Shown: positions 7,700-16,663 of the stretch, in pieces
Numbering within the stretch: the first letter of the stretch is position 1
Layout: each line of letters opens with the position of its first letter
Sequence record: MZ475897.1
DNA: 64,000 nucleotides
Reading direction: 5' to 3' (one strand)
Translations under genes and position numbers: made by a program
The notes under the pieces: generated by a model
Database searches by the model: none
Told to the model about the DNA's origin: nothing
Seen by the model: only the letters and a program-made list of their open reading frames with translations

Positions 7700-9538
7700 A
7701 TGATTGAAGTAAACTGTTTCGCAGATTTACGCACTACCGCTCCAGCAAAGGCTGGCGACATGGCGTTACTGAAACGTTACTATGACAAAGACAGTTCGTT
7801 TCGTGGGGGCGGCTACTTCATCGGCTTTCCGCAGACAAAAGATCTGCCCGCAGATGATGGTGGTATCACGGCAGTAGATGCAAACAAAAGTTTCTTCTGG
7901 AAGCGTGTTGTGAATGACCCAGAAGAGATTAACCTGTTCCACTTCGGTGGTCGCTGCGACGGCAAGACAGATGACAGTGACGCGTTCCTGCGTAACTTCA
8001 TGTGGACGTGCAAGTCTTCTGAGGGCAACGACACTATTGGTGTGCGCTTCCCGACAGGCACAACGTTGATCAACCCTATCGATCTTACTCACTTGGGTGA
8101 GATACCTGTGTTCGCTATCTATGGTGACACACGTTCTGATAAGGGCTGGCGTCCTCGTGTCAAGCTGATCAGTAACCAAGGCGAAGCTACTGTATTCAAG
8201 TTCAACGCTCGCCGCACTATTGTTCGTGGCCTGAACTGGAACGGTCAGTGCTATCCTGTGAAGGACGGCAAGAAGGTAGACGTGTCCACGATCGTGGGTG
8301 CTGTCATGCCTGAGCAGCGTTCAAACAATCAGATCTTCCTTGAGAACATCTGTACTATGGGTCAGTACATTGGCGTACAGTGCTTCCGTGCTGAGAGCAA
8401 CGGCGGATCTGCATTGAAGTTCCAAGACACCATCGATACTTCTATCACAGAGATCTATGGCAGTAAGAGCTACGGTGCTGTGATTGAGGCCAAGTGGTCG
8501 AACACAGTGCAGGCAGGTTGGAACCATTCGACTGCTGTGCGCTTAGAGAACGGTAACTTCCAGTACGGCTACGGCCCTGCTGTGTTAGACATGCCGCGTA
8601 TGACTCAGGCGTTCATGAAGAACGTCTGGATTGAGCACACGCGATTCCCAGGTAATATGAATGATGGTCAATGGGTGCTTGAAGGTAACTCGATTGAGAG
8701 TTCTGACAACCCACTCAATCTGGCCAACACTCGCTGCGTGATCAACGGCTACTACTTCCAAGGCGTTGGTACAATGAACTTGGAACGTGCGTCAAGCCCT
8801 GACAACTGGCTGAGTGGCTACGAGCGCGGCAACATTCGCACTGAGACGTACGGTATCATCATGACCGATGCTTGCTTCCGCGCAGGCTACTACACGGGCT
8901 ATAAGATTACCAACAATACAGATCAGGACAAATGGTTCTATCTGGGCAGCTACTCATTCCCGAAAGTGAATCAAGTGTGGCAGATTGAGCTGCTGGGTAC
9001 TGCACCAAACGTTGTACCGAACACGAAGCTGCAACAGCCTACGCAGATGGACGGCATGGGTCGTCGTGTTATCACAATGCAACGCTGCATCTCACCGCAG
9101 AAGAAAGTGTATGCCGATATGCACATGGAAGGAACGGACGCAATCGCCGATGTTGTGTACCAGCGCCTGTGGGAAGACTACGGCAAGGTGTGGGTTAAGC
9201 TAAAAGCCAACAGTGGCGATACTATCTTCAACCTGACCACCACCGGTCCAACTCGTTTCGAAGCAGGTGTTTGTACATTATTCAGCGACGGTCCAATTGA
9301 ATGCGTGGATCCCGTTCTGACCGAGATGACCACCAGTGTCGAAAAGAATCAGAAGGACTATGCGCGACCTCAGGCTCGTTTCAGTTTGCACAATGGCCTT
9401 GCAGGTGTAGGCGCAAACGAGCAGGGTCTCATCACTATTCAAACCAAAGACGCTACAGCACCGAAAGATACCACTAAGCCTGCTGGCTATGTGAGTGTCA
9501 ATATCAACGGTGTTGATCGTCTCTTGCCTTACTACTAA
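7700..9538 (+). CDS. AmsF/WceF-like EPS-acting protein (tailspike/beta-helix fold; putative depolymerase or tail appendage)
   Basis: N-terminal VNCFADLRTTAP...GGGYFIG...DDGG...FWKR...FHFGGRCDGKTDDSDAF head typical of tailspike/pectate-lyase-like proteins; G/N-rich beta-helix-like centre; C-terminal ARFSLHNGLAGVGANEQG...GVDRLLPYY resembles the AmsF family as recalled; no signal peptide. Confidence 0.6.
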   Translation: MIEVNCFADLRTTAPAKAGDMALLKRYYDKDSSFRGGGYFIGFPQTKDLPADDGGITAVDANKSFFWKRVVNDPEEINLFHFGGRCDGKTDDSDAFLRNFMWTCKSSEGNDTIGVRFPTGTTLINPIDLTHLGEIPVFAIYGDTRSDKGWRPRVKLISNQGEATVFKFNARRTIVRGLNWNGQCYPVKDGKKVDVSTIVGAVMPEQRSNNQIFLENICTMGQYIGVQCFRAESNGGSALKFQDTIDTSITEIYGSKSYGAVIEAKWSNTVQAGWNHSTAVRLENGNFQYGYGPAVLDMPRMTQAFMKNVWIEHTRFPGNMNDGQWVLEGNSIESSDNPLNLANTRCVINGYYFQGVGTMNLERASSPDNWLSGYERGNIRTETYGIIMTDACFRAGYYTGYKITNNTDQDKWFYLGSYSFPKVNQVWQIELLGTAPNVVPNTKLQQPTQMDGMGRRVITMQRCISPQKKVYADMHMEGTDAIADVVYQRLWEDYGKVWVKLKANSGDTIFNLTTTGPTRFEAGVCTLFSDGPIECVDPVLTEMTTSVEKNQKDYARPQARFSLHNGLAGVGANEQGLITIQTKDATAPKDTTKPAGYVSVNINGVDRLLPYY

Positions 9539-9543
9539 CAGAC

Positions 9544-9562
9544 GAGGGGCGCAATGCCCCTC
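9544..9562 (+). terminator. hairpin
   Basis: GAGGGGCG-CAA-TGCCCCTC. Confidence 0.6.
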
Positions 9563-9632
9563 AACTAAGTCAAATCTCTGTACTCTCCCTAACTCAAATA
9601 AGATACGCCGCACAGCGTACTATGCACTAATA

Positions 9633-9677
9633 AGGTCAAAATGACCATTCTCTGCTATATGCTGCCTATGCTATAAT
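9633..9677 (+). promoter_or_regulatory. TGGAC-class promoter (variant AGGTCAAAAT)
   Basis: AGGTCAAAAT 39 nt upstream of TATAAT with extended -10 TG. Confidence 0.7.
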
Positions 9678-9723
9678 AGTTGCGAGCGCATTGCTCAATA
9701 CAATCATGCTGAGGAGCATAACA

Positions 9724-10065
9724 ATGAACGCATCTACTTTCGATTTTTCTATCATCTGCACCGAGAGCTTCAACATTAACGAGCTGAACAAAATCGCCGT
9801 TGAGCTGAACAAGCTGATCACCAACTCGCAGATCAAAATTGAAGCCGTAGAGATTGATGATGAAGGCGCCGAGTGTATTCTTCTGGCTGTCGGTCTTGAT
9901 GAAGACGGCGAAGAGACTGGCGACAACGGCTACTCCCTGCATCTGGACAACGGCGACTATCAGATCGTATATCTCGGTGTGCCGCATCCTGACTTCGATA
10001 AGCACGAACTTGCGACCAGTGACTTCGAGTTGTTCATCAAATCAGTCAACGGCCTTGAGTTCTAA
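9724..10065 (+). CDS. small acidic protein
   Basis: ATG after GAGGAG; 24 D/E vs 5 K/R in 113 aa. Confidence 0.85.
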   Translation: MNASTFDFSIICTESFNINELNKIAVELNKLITNSQIKIEAVEIDDEGAECILLAVGLDEDGEETGDNGYSLHLDNGDYQIVYLGVPHPDFDKHELATSDFELFIKSVNGLEF

Positions 10066-10074
10066 GCATTAATC

Positions 10075-10118
10075 TGGCAGAAATCGCCGTTGTGTTTAGA
10101 CGCGCAACGGCATACTAT
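10075..10118 (+). promoter_or_regulatory. TGGAC-class promoter (variant TGGCAGAAAT)
   Basis: Motif 38 nt upstream of TACTAT; GCCGTTG/CAACGGC inverted repeat in between. Confidence 0.65.
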
Positions 10119-10167
10119 TATGTCTCTAGCGCAATGACGCGCTACAACAACGAAAGAGAGAAACAAC

Positions 10168-10422
10168 ATGAGCGAAGACGTTAAAGTAACAATCGATTTA
10201 GTAGCTGACTTTGTATCACGCACCGAAGTTGTGTTTGAAGATGGTCAATCATCTAATGACTGGCTCGCGCCGTATGATCTGCGCCTGAACGTAACTGAGC
10301 CTCAAGGGCCGAACGGCTACCCCGAAGTTGAAATCGTCGGCCAGCGCGATAACGTCTTGCGCTTCTTTGATGAGCAGATGCCTGACAGCGACATTACAGA
10401 AGACTCGCTTGAATCTGCATAA
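10168..10422 (+). CDS. small acidic protein
   Basis: 20 D/E vs 5 K/R in 84 aa. Confidence 0.8.
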   Translation: MSEDVKVTIDLVADFVSRTEVVFEDGQSSNDWLAPYDLRLNVTEPQGPNGYPEVEIVGQRDNVLRFFDEQMPDSDITEDSLESA

Positions 10423-10437
10423 GCAACAAACAACACT

Positions 10438-10459
10438 GTGGCGTTACGGCGCCACTTTT
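10438..10459 (+). terminator. intrinsic terminator
   Basis: GTGGCGT-TACG-GCGCCAC-TTTT. Confidence 0.7.
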
Positions 10460-10481
10460 CTATTTCTGATCTGAGGTCAAT

Positions 10482-11021
10482 ATGAAACAAAAATTCTTAT
10501 TCTTGCGCATGAGCCGACACGAGCTGAATCAGCATTTGTTTTTACTTCGCGGCATGAGCCGTGAGCGTCTTGAATCATTCACTGGCATTATAGCCGTTGT
10601 CAAAGACGATACGACGATGGCGAACATCGATGATACTGACCTGTATTATTTCAGCGAAGTAACAGCCGAAGAGACAACATCAGAGACGCAACAAACCTGG
10701 TGGAACCTGATTCATTACTACGACAATCAGATTGCTATTGGCTCACTCCCACGTATAGAGCCGCTGCTGCCTGACGATTTAGTTGAGCGCATCAAAACAA
10801 CTCGCAGCAATCGCTTTTACTACGAGTTCGATACGCAAATGCCGGAAGTGTTGGCCACTGTTGATCTTGACCTACACTTCTTGCCGTCTGCCGCTCAGCC
10901 TCGTGTGAAGAAGCCTAAAGAAGAACAGCCAGAAGTTAATCCCCTGGCCGCATACACAGTCGAACAACTGTGTGCCGAACTGCGTACTCGCCTGAGTGCA
11001 AAAATCACTATCGAATTTTAA
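10482..11021 (+). CDS. hypothetical protein
   Basis: 179-aa ORF, GAGG SD. Confidence 0.8.
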   Translation: MKQKFLFLRMSRHELNQHLFLLRGMSRERLESFTGIIAVVKDDTTMANIDDTDLYYFSEVTAEETTSETQQTWWNLIHYYDNQIAIGSLPRIEPLLPDDLVERIKTTRSNRFYYEFDTQMPEVLATVDLDLHFLPSAAQPRVKKPKEEQPEVNPLAAYTVEQLCAELRTRLSAKITIEF

Positions 11022-11038
11022 TCAACTAGCACAGGGAC

Positions 11039-11668
11039 GTGCCTCTAACTGAGATCAAAACTATGTTCACCAAAGCATTCTTCTTCAAAACTAACTACTC
11101 TGTATTGGCCGAAGGTGAGTTCGCGCTGCCTGTTGACTCACTGACCTCTCTCGTCAACTCGCGTATTTTCATCTGCATCACAGAAGACAACCTGCGCTTC
11201 GCACTGACCAACATCACTGTGCAGCCGATTCGCAATGGCTTCTTGCGCGTTGGCTTCGAGCCGAAGACTGACGTGAATGCAATCACTACTCCAATCATCA
11301 CGCCTAAAACGATGTGGAGCGAATATGATTTTGATGCGTGCAGTGTTGAAAACATCCCGTCATTCAATATCAGTACGCATGAAGACAAGAACAACGAACA
11401 ACTGATTGCACTGTCATATGACCTTCGTATGGCTCTCATGCATTATCGTGAAGGCATGTACTGCGTGACCGACATCGTTTTGCGCCTGCACGAGCATGGC
11501 ATCTTTGTCGTAGACATTGATCAGAATCTCAAGGTTGCTCTCTCGCCTATCGCCGTGCTTAGTGAACGACCTACACATGCGATTAGTCTGAGCAAAGACA
11601 ACGGCGTGCTGTCCCGCATTGATGACTTCGAGCTGCCTGATCTCGCTAAACTGATCGTCCTACTGTAA
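11039..11668 (+). CDS. hypothetical protein
   Basis: 209-aa ORF; start uncertain (GTG 11039 or a later ATG). Confidence 0.75.
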   Translation: MPLTEIKTMFTKAFFFKTNYSVLAEGEFALPVDSLTSLVNSRIFICITEDNLRFALTNITVQPIRNGFLRVGFEPKTDVNAITTPIITPKTMWSEYDFDACSVENIPSFNISTHEDKNNEQLIALSYDLRMALMHYREGMYCVTDIVLRLHEHGIFVVDIDQNLKVALSPIAVLSERPTHAISLSKDNGVLSRIDDFELPDLAKLIVLL

Positions 11669-11681
11669 ACAAACAACTCTT

Positions 11682-11704
11682 AGCCTCGCATCGTGCGGGG
11701 CTTT
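11682..11704 (+). terminator. hairpin
   Basis: AGCCTCGC-ATCGT-GCGGGGCT-TT. Confidence 0.55.
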
Positions 11705-11721
11705 CTGCTTTGGAGAACACC

Positions 11722-11982
11722 ATGTATCAATATGACCGCGATGAATTGAATGATCTGCCGCTTGACGTGCTGCATAGCGAAGCTGAAAAGCGTGGCTTGC
11801 TCGCTGACCTGGACGACGATGATGATTGTCCTGACCGTGCAGTGCTGGTGGGCATGATCATTGATGATCAGAACGAGCGCAACGCCGAAGACGAAGAGGA
11901 AGAGCAGCGCCGTCAGATGCAAGATGACGCTGACGATCACCGTCGCATGTTAGACGAACGCGACGGCTCAGACGACTGCTAA
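11722..11982 (+). CDS. small acidic protein with HeH-like module
   Basis: ATG after GGAG; LNDLPLDVLHSEAEKRGL...DRAVLVGMI. Confidence 0.75.
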   Translation: MYQYDRDELNDLPLDVLHSEAEKRGLLADLDDDDDCPDRAVLVGMIIDDQNERNAEDEEEEQRRQMQDDADDHRRMLDERDGSDDC

Positions 11983-11983
11983 T

Positions 11984-12322
11984 ATGCTATACTCTGGGCA
12001 GCAATACGATACACTCAGTCCTGACCAGTTGAATGAGTGTTTCAATCTGATTGAAAGTTGCATGGTGGCCTCTGGCTGTCGTGGCTTTCAAATAGTGTTA
12101 TCACCATCTGGTCATGGCGATTGTCGTAGCGTCGTCCACATTCAGCACCCACAGTATGCAGGTCACATTGAGTTCCCCTCAGTTGACCGTGATACTTTTC
12201 GTGTGACTCTCGTCGCAACACGCGGTTGCTATGACAGCCGCACAGTGTTCGTACCAAATTCAGATACAGCCTATTCAGTGATAGGTCTGTATCTCTCAAA
12301 CTTTATAGGGGCTACAAAATGA
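11984..12322 (+). CDS. hypothetical protein
   Basis: ORF abutting both neighbours. Confidence 0.7.
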   Translation: MLYSGQQYDTLSPDQLNECFNLIESCMVASGCRGFQIVLSPSGHGDCRSVVHIQHPQYAGHIEFPSVDRDTFRVTLVATRGCYDSRTVFVPNSDTAYSVIGLYLSNFIGATK

Positions 12323-12663
12323 AACGCCGCGTTATTCGTATCGATCAGTCAGAGTTCAACGGTGAAGCGCTTGTCTTCCCACCATCATTCAACATCACCG
12401 GCATTGACGTTGTGGTGCTTGTGACCGTGAAGCACGAAGATTTCGGTGGCTTGAAGTTTCAAGATACCTATCGTGTGAACGAACTACGTGTAAGCGAACA
12501 TACAAATCCCCTGCGTCAGGAGATTGAGATCGTAGAGTACAGCAAACTGCCGAACGATGAAGCAATCTTCACACGACTACTCGACGTTGATTACTTCGAC
12601 GACGACATTGCAGAGCGTGACCTGCGTCTGTACGATGCACCGACCACAATCGTCACTGCGTAA
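12319..12663 (+). CDS. hypothetical protein
   Basis: ATGA overlap with the previous stop. Confidence 0.75.
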   Translation: MKRRVIRIDQSEFNGEALVFPPSFNITGIDVVVLVTVKHEDFGGLKFQDTYRVNELRVSEHTNPLRQEIEIVEYSKLPNDEAIFTRLLDVDYFDDDIAERDLRLYDAPTTIVTA

Positions 12664-12671
12664 TAATCTTT

Positions 12672-12698
12672 AGGGCTGCCATCTTGGTGGCCCTTTTT
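12672..12698 (+). terminator. intrinsic terminator
   Basis: AGGGCTGCC-ATCTT-GGTGGCCCT-TTTT. Confidence 0.7.
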
Positions 12699-12746
12699 GT
12701 TTTCTGTAAACTACACGCACAATCCCAACAATGCGAGAACGCACAG

Positions 12747-13121
12747 ATGCCAAAGCGCCGCTTTTATTTGATGTTCTTTATCAGTCAGGCAGAACTCGAC
12801 GCCAAGACTTTCTATCAACACAACATGCGCATCCTGACAACGATACGCCGCACACGCTGCATCTTCCTTGTGGTAAGAGAGACTGGTGACGTCTATGTGC
12901 CAGGCAGCGCCGTGTATCAGTCTGCAATCGAAGAAGATCTAACGCAGATGGTCTTTGACGATCTGCACAAGGCCACCGAGTCTGTGAATGCGGTTGAGTC
13001 CTTTGCTCAAGCCATCGCAGTAAACAAAAACGATAAGACAGTTCGCTACTGTGGCCGCAATCCAGAAGTGAGTGTCGTCTTCTTTGATCGCATGTTCACG
13101 AAAGTGGAGGTTCATCTATGA
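12747..13121 (+). CDS. hypothetical protein
   Basis: ORF; start uncertain. Confidence 0.65.
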   Translation: MPKRRFYLMFFISQAELDAKTFYQHNMRILTTIRRTRCIFLVVRETGDVYVPGSAVYQSAIEEDLTQMVFDDLHKATESVNAVESFAQAIAVNKNDKTVRYCGRNPEVSVVFFDRMFTKVEVHL

Positions 13122-13393
13122 GTTACGATCCACCAAAGCCAACTACGTCTCTTGGCGCTTCTCTTGCTTCGCGTTGTGCTCACTCCACCAGAGAGAAAGC
13201 GAACAAGACGCGCAAGAAATACCCCGCGACAAAGACTGTGGTTGCTACACTGACCGCACCTATGCACGCTGCTGTGCAACGTCTCGCTAACAGTCGAGGC
13301 CTGTCTATTCAGAAGTGTCTGGTGCGTATGCTTGAAGCCGAGTTGGCGAAAGAGGGTATCACTTACGCTAAAGAACAGGACGAAGACGAATGA
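13118..13393 (+). CDS. putative ribbon-helix-helix DNA-binding protein
   Basis: TVVATLTAPMHAAVQRLANSRGLSIQKCLVRMLEAEL fits the CopG/Arc RHH pattern. Confidence 0.55.
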   Translation: MSYDPPKPTTSLGASLASRCAHSTREKANKTRKKYPATKTVVATLTAPMHAAVQRLANSRGLSIQKCLVRMLEAELAKEGITYAKEQDEDE

Positions 13394-14025
13394 AACGTTT
13401 AGGTACAGTCATGGCGTTAAGTCTAAAAGACAAAGCGCCAAAGAACACTGACCTCGACATTACGCCCGTTTCGAAAGATGCAGAATGGGGCTCTTTGAGT
13501 CCCTTTCACTTGGGGCCGTGTCGAAGCGCAGATGGTATTATGTTCCACAACTTCGAAAACCTCTGGCAGTATAGCAAGGTCTACGAAGACCATCTGGAGA
13601 ACACAAACCTCATCCTCGCTGGAGAGATAAACGCTGATTGGTATCAGTGGCATCTTAAAGGTGCAAGATCAAAACAGGCGCATCGCTATCCTATGGGAAA
13701 AGGCCAGAAGGCTTTATTCTCCAAATGGGGCGACTTGCGCCTTTCGTACATTCCCGCACGTAAACAGATCTATGTTCCAGGCTATGCCGAGCTACTTCTG
13801 CCTCAAAAGAAATTCAAACAACTCCTCAAGCAATACAAGGCCGGTGCCAACATAATCGTCAGGGACTACGACACCTACGATCTGCTGAAAGCCTATCCCA
13901 ATTCTAATCGCATGTGGCTTGATGCTCTCAACAACCCAAACGCCAAGTTCGGTCACAGTTTCGTGATCGCCCTTGCTCTCATACTGCACGACAGACCTCT
14001 ATGGTACAATCAATGGGTGATATAA
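13390..14025 (+). CDS. DUF6939-like / NADAR-like protein
   Basis: LSPF...FENLWQYSKVY...LSYIPARKQIYVPGY...DYD...GHSFVIAL; the first motifs echo NADAR LSNF...EHYFQAQK. Confidence 0.45.
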   Translation: MKRLGTVMALSLKDKAPKNTDLDITPVSKDAEWGSLSPFHLGPCRSADGIMFHNFENLWQYSKVYEDHLENTNLILAGEINADWYQWHLKGARSKQAHRYPMGKGQKALFSKWGDLRLSYIPARKQIYVPGYAELLLPQKKFKQLLKQYKAGANIIVRDYDTYDLLKAYPNSNRMWLDALNNPNAKFGHSFVIALALILHDRPLWYNQWVI

Positions 14026-14324
14026 TCTACGAATGGGTCCACGACCTTGAAGGTAACGAAAGTCAGAATCTGCCTATCTTGCCTCCAGACATTTATGCGT
14101 ATGTGCGCGATGCCGTCACTGGCGCACGTACCCCAATCAACTTTGAAGGCCGCACCGAGTTACAGCGTCAAGACAAGAAAGTCATAGGCGTTGTCTATTG
14201 GTCTAATCGAGCTAATCTGATTTCATGGACGGGCGTCGAGCGCTTTCGTTTTACGCTGTATGTAGTACGCGCCGCACGTAAGTCAAATGCGCAACACGAG
14301 GAAGCTCAAGTCTGCACTAATTAG
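14013..14324 (+). CDS. hypothetical protein
   Basis: ORF overlapping the previous stop. Confidence 0.55.
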   Translation: MGDIIYEWVHDLEGNESQNLPILPPDIYAYVRDAVTGARTPINFEGRTELQRQDKKVIGVVYWSNRANLISWTGVERFRFTLYVVRAARKSNAQHEEAQVCTN

Positions 14325-14366
14325 GCTGAAATAGCTATCGCGCATAATACGCTCCTGTGCTATACT
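14323..14366 (+). promoter_or_regulatory. TGGAC-class promoter (variant AGGCTGAAAT)
   Basis: Motif 38 nt upstream of TATACT with extended -10 TG. Confidence 0.6.
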
Positions 14367-14411
14367 CATAGACGAAGCAACACATAATCTATTCACGCTA
14401 AGGAGCGTACT

Positions 14412-14843
14412 ATGACTATCAACAAGTTTGACTTTCAAACACTGACTACCCCAGAACAATGGTCTTCCGCTGCTTGGGGTTTCTATCGTGACTTCGCAGA
14501 TCGTTTACGCGATGTTATCGGCCGCGATGATCTTTTCTTCGACATTGAAGTTGATGGTGGCAGCGATAGCGACCAAGTTGCCGAAGAGATGGTCGATGAT
14601 GGTGTGATTCATTTACTCATCTCGTACAAAAACGAAGATGAAGATTTCATTAACGCCAAAGGCGTCTGGCTGTTCCAAGTCACTTACCCAACAGAAAGTG
14701 ATATTGACGGTGAGTGGTCTAACCGCTTCGTGGTCGATGTGCAGACCGTTGATATGGAAATCTTAGAGCTGGTGGATTTTGATAACGGCCACCCACGTTT
14801 GCTTGAAGATATTGCAGCGCGGGTTAATCACTGGTTAGTGTAA
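14412..14843 (+). CDS. acidic protein
   Basis: AAGGAG SD; 32 D/E vs 10 K/R in 143 aa. Confidence 0.85.
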   Translation: MTINKFDFQTLTTPEQWSSAAWGFYRDFADRLRDVIGRDDLFFDIEVDGGSDSDQVAEEMVDDGVIHLLISYKNEDEDFINAKGVWLFQVTYPTESDIDGEWSNRFVVDVQTVDMEILELVDFDNGHPRLLEDIAARVNHWLV

Positions 14844-14849
14844 TTGCTT

Positions 14850-14873
14850 GCGGGTCTTTTACGAAGGGCCCGT
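14850..14873 (+). terminator. hairpin
   Basis: GCGGGTCTTT-TACG-AAGGGCCCGT. Confidence 0.5.
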
Positions 14874-14908
14874 CGTCAACAACACAAACCCGTTCTATGG
14901 AGAACAAC

Positions 14909-15226
14909 ATGTCATCATTAGTTAAACTGCAATTCATCTTTCCAGAACTGACCTCAGTTACTGTAACTGTTTCTGATTCTGACATTCCTCGCTATCTCAA
15001 TATTGCAGCGGGCGCCGAAGTAACATACGAAGGCGAGACGGCGCTGGAGCGTATTACTGACGTAAACCTGATGCGCAATCTTCTCGTGATTGATCGTAAA
15101 ATCCTAGAGATGTTGCTTGAGCGCCACAACAGCGCAAACGTTTCTAGTGAAATCGCTCACGCTGTAGACCAGATTAAGTTTGTGCCTAATCGTGGCCTAA
15201 AGTTAATCGTCAATCGTTACCGCTGA
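14909..15226 (+). CDS. hypothetical protein, paralogue of 15291..15608
   Basis: Shares FIFPE.T...VTV...P.Y..I.A..E....GETA...L..RH. Confidence 0.85.
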   Translation: MSSLVKLQFIFPELTSVTVTVSDSDIPRYLNIAAGAEVTYEGETALERITDVNLMRNLLVIDRKILEMLLERHNSANVSSEIAHAVDQIKFVPNRGLKLIVNRYR

Positions 15227-15284
15227 GATTTGTGAAGGGCATTTGCGAGTGCTCTTTGAAAATCCTAAACCCTAAGCTGAGGAG
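15219..15284 (+). repeat. intergenic direct repeat copy 1 with long imperfect hairpin
   Basis: ACCGCTRAGATTTGTGAAGGGCATT...AGTGCTCTTTGAAAATC...CTGAGGAG, repeated at 15601-15667. Confidence 0.9.
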
Positions 15285-15290
15285 CTTAAC

Positions 15291-15608
15291 ATGTCATCAT
15301 CTACTGAATTTCATTTCATCTTTCCAGAGTCAACCACTCTTATCGTTACTGTGGGTAACGGCATCGTCCCTGAGTATATGGGCATCCCTGCTAATCAAGA
15401 AACCCACCTGACGGGTGAGACTGCATTCAATTTTATGCAGAACTCTAACATCGTGGGCGTTATGAATCGTTTTGATCAGTCGCTTCTCAATTTGCTTATT
15501 GATCGCCATGAGCAGAACGAAGAAGAGGAGAGTGCGTTGCGTCAAGCACACATGCAGAAGCACACAAAGAACTTCGGTGTGTATCTGCTGATCAAACATC
15601 ACCGCTAA
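15291..15608 (+). CDS. hypothetical protein, paralogue of 14909..15226
   Basis: See paralogue. Confidence 0.85.
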   Translation: MSSSTEFHFIFPESTTLIVTVGNGIVPEYMGIPANQETHLTGETAFNFMQNSNIVGVMNRFDQSLLNLLIDRHEQNEEEESALRQAHMQKHTKNFGVYLLIKHHR

Positions 15609-15667
15609 GATTTGTGAAGGGCATTCGTTGCTGAGTGCTCTTTGAAAATCAACCCTGTTCTGAGGAG
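15601..15667 (+). repeat. intergenic direct repeat copy 2
   Basis: See copy 1. Confidence 0.9.
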
Positions 15668-15673
15668 AACAAT

Positions 15674-16084
15674 ATGAAACATCCACAACCTGGCTCTGTA
15701 TACACCCTGCGTGAAATGCTGACTGAACTGAGTCTGCGTGATACGCCGAATCTTGGCTTCACTCCTGTTTCTGTGCGCTATCCAGAAACGAAGGAGATTC
15801 GCCAGCAGACGGTTCAGGATTCGCATCTGACCGAAGAAGAAATGCTCGCTCTTCCTGGCTGGGCAGAAACGAAGTGGCGCTACATCCGTGAAACCCATGA
15901 GTGGATCCCTGTGTTCGTCGCTGTTGACAATGCAGAGATTGAAGCGCTGTGTGTTATCGAACCCTACACGGACCGCTACTTCCGTAATGAGGGTATCATG
16001 CACGTTTACCCACGCGGCGTTGAGCGCGAGCAGCATAAAGCGTATGACCCAGAAACGCACGGCACACTGGTTAAAGTGGCCTAA
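15674..16084 (+). CDS. hypothetical protein
   Basis: ATG after GAGGAG. Confidence 0.8.
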   Translation: MKHPQPGSVYTLREMLTELSLRDTPNLGFTPVSVRYPETKEIRQQTVQDSHLTEEEMLALPGWAETKWRYIRETHEWIPVFVAVDNAEIEALCVIEPYTDRYFRNEGIMHVYPRGVEREQHKAYDPETHGTLVKVA

Positions 16085-16098
16085 GCACAAACTACCTC

Positions 16099-16120
16099 AA
16101 GCGGCTTACGGGCCGCTTTT
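16099..16120 (+). terminator. intrinsic terminator
   Basis: AAGCGGCT-TACG-GGCCGCTT-TT. Confidence 0.7.
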
Positions 16121-16141
16121 CTTAAACATCAGGAGTCTATC

Positions 16142-16663
16142 ATGAAAACCACCGACGTAGTTCATATCGCTCATCACCTCATGACCCATCTCGCATCAGC
16201 TCGTCTCATCAGTGCATTGACTTTCATCGGTCAGGACGCTGTGCGTTTCAAAGTTGGTTCACAAACGTTTGACGTTCGTGGGCGTCATCCGAGCTTCATC
16301 GTCCATCAAGTTGAAGGTGGCTGCCTGTGTGCAGACGCAGACTCTGCGGAAATTGAAGCGCAGTTGAACGGTGACCCTATCTCAAGTATGCGTGATCAAC
16401 TGCCGCATCCTGAGAACGTGCAATCTGCCATCATCGATCACGTCAACTCCATGCCAGACAAAGACGTGCAGAACTTTAGTGAACATCAGGGCGGCCCAGA
16501 CATGGACACGATGTTTGAGCAGCGTCTGTGGTTGAAGAACTGGTTGATTAGTCGTTCAATCGTACTCGCCGATATGCTCGACATTGTTGCGTTTCTTGAA
16601 GGCACTGAGCGCCGTAACTCACTGGCTATGGCAATTGAACTCAACAAAGGGAAACGCGCATGA
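16142..16663 (+). CDS. hypothetical protein
   Basis: AGGAG SD, 173 aa. Confidence 0.8.
   Translation: MKTTDVVHIAHHLMTHLASARLISALTFIGQDAVRFKVGSQTFDVRGRHPSFIVHQVEGGCLCADADSAEIEAQLNGDPISSMRDQLPHPENVQSAIIDHVNSMPDKDVQNFSEHQGGPDMDTMFEQRLWLKNWLISRSIVLADMLDIVAFLEGTERRNSLAMAIELNKGKRA

Noticed and set aside
2452-11669. CTGTAAA at 2452, 2460, 3253 and 11663 as promoters
   Set aside because: They lie in coding sequence or coincide with CTG-TAA stop codons, so they are explainable without selection
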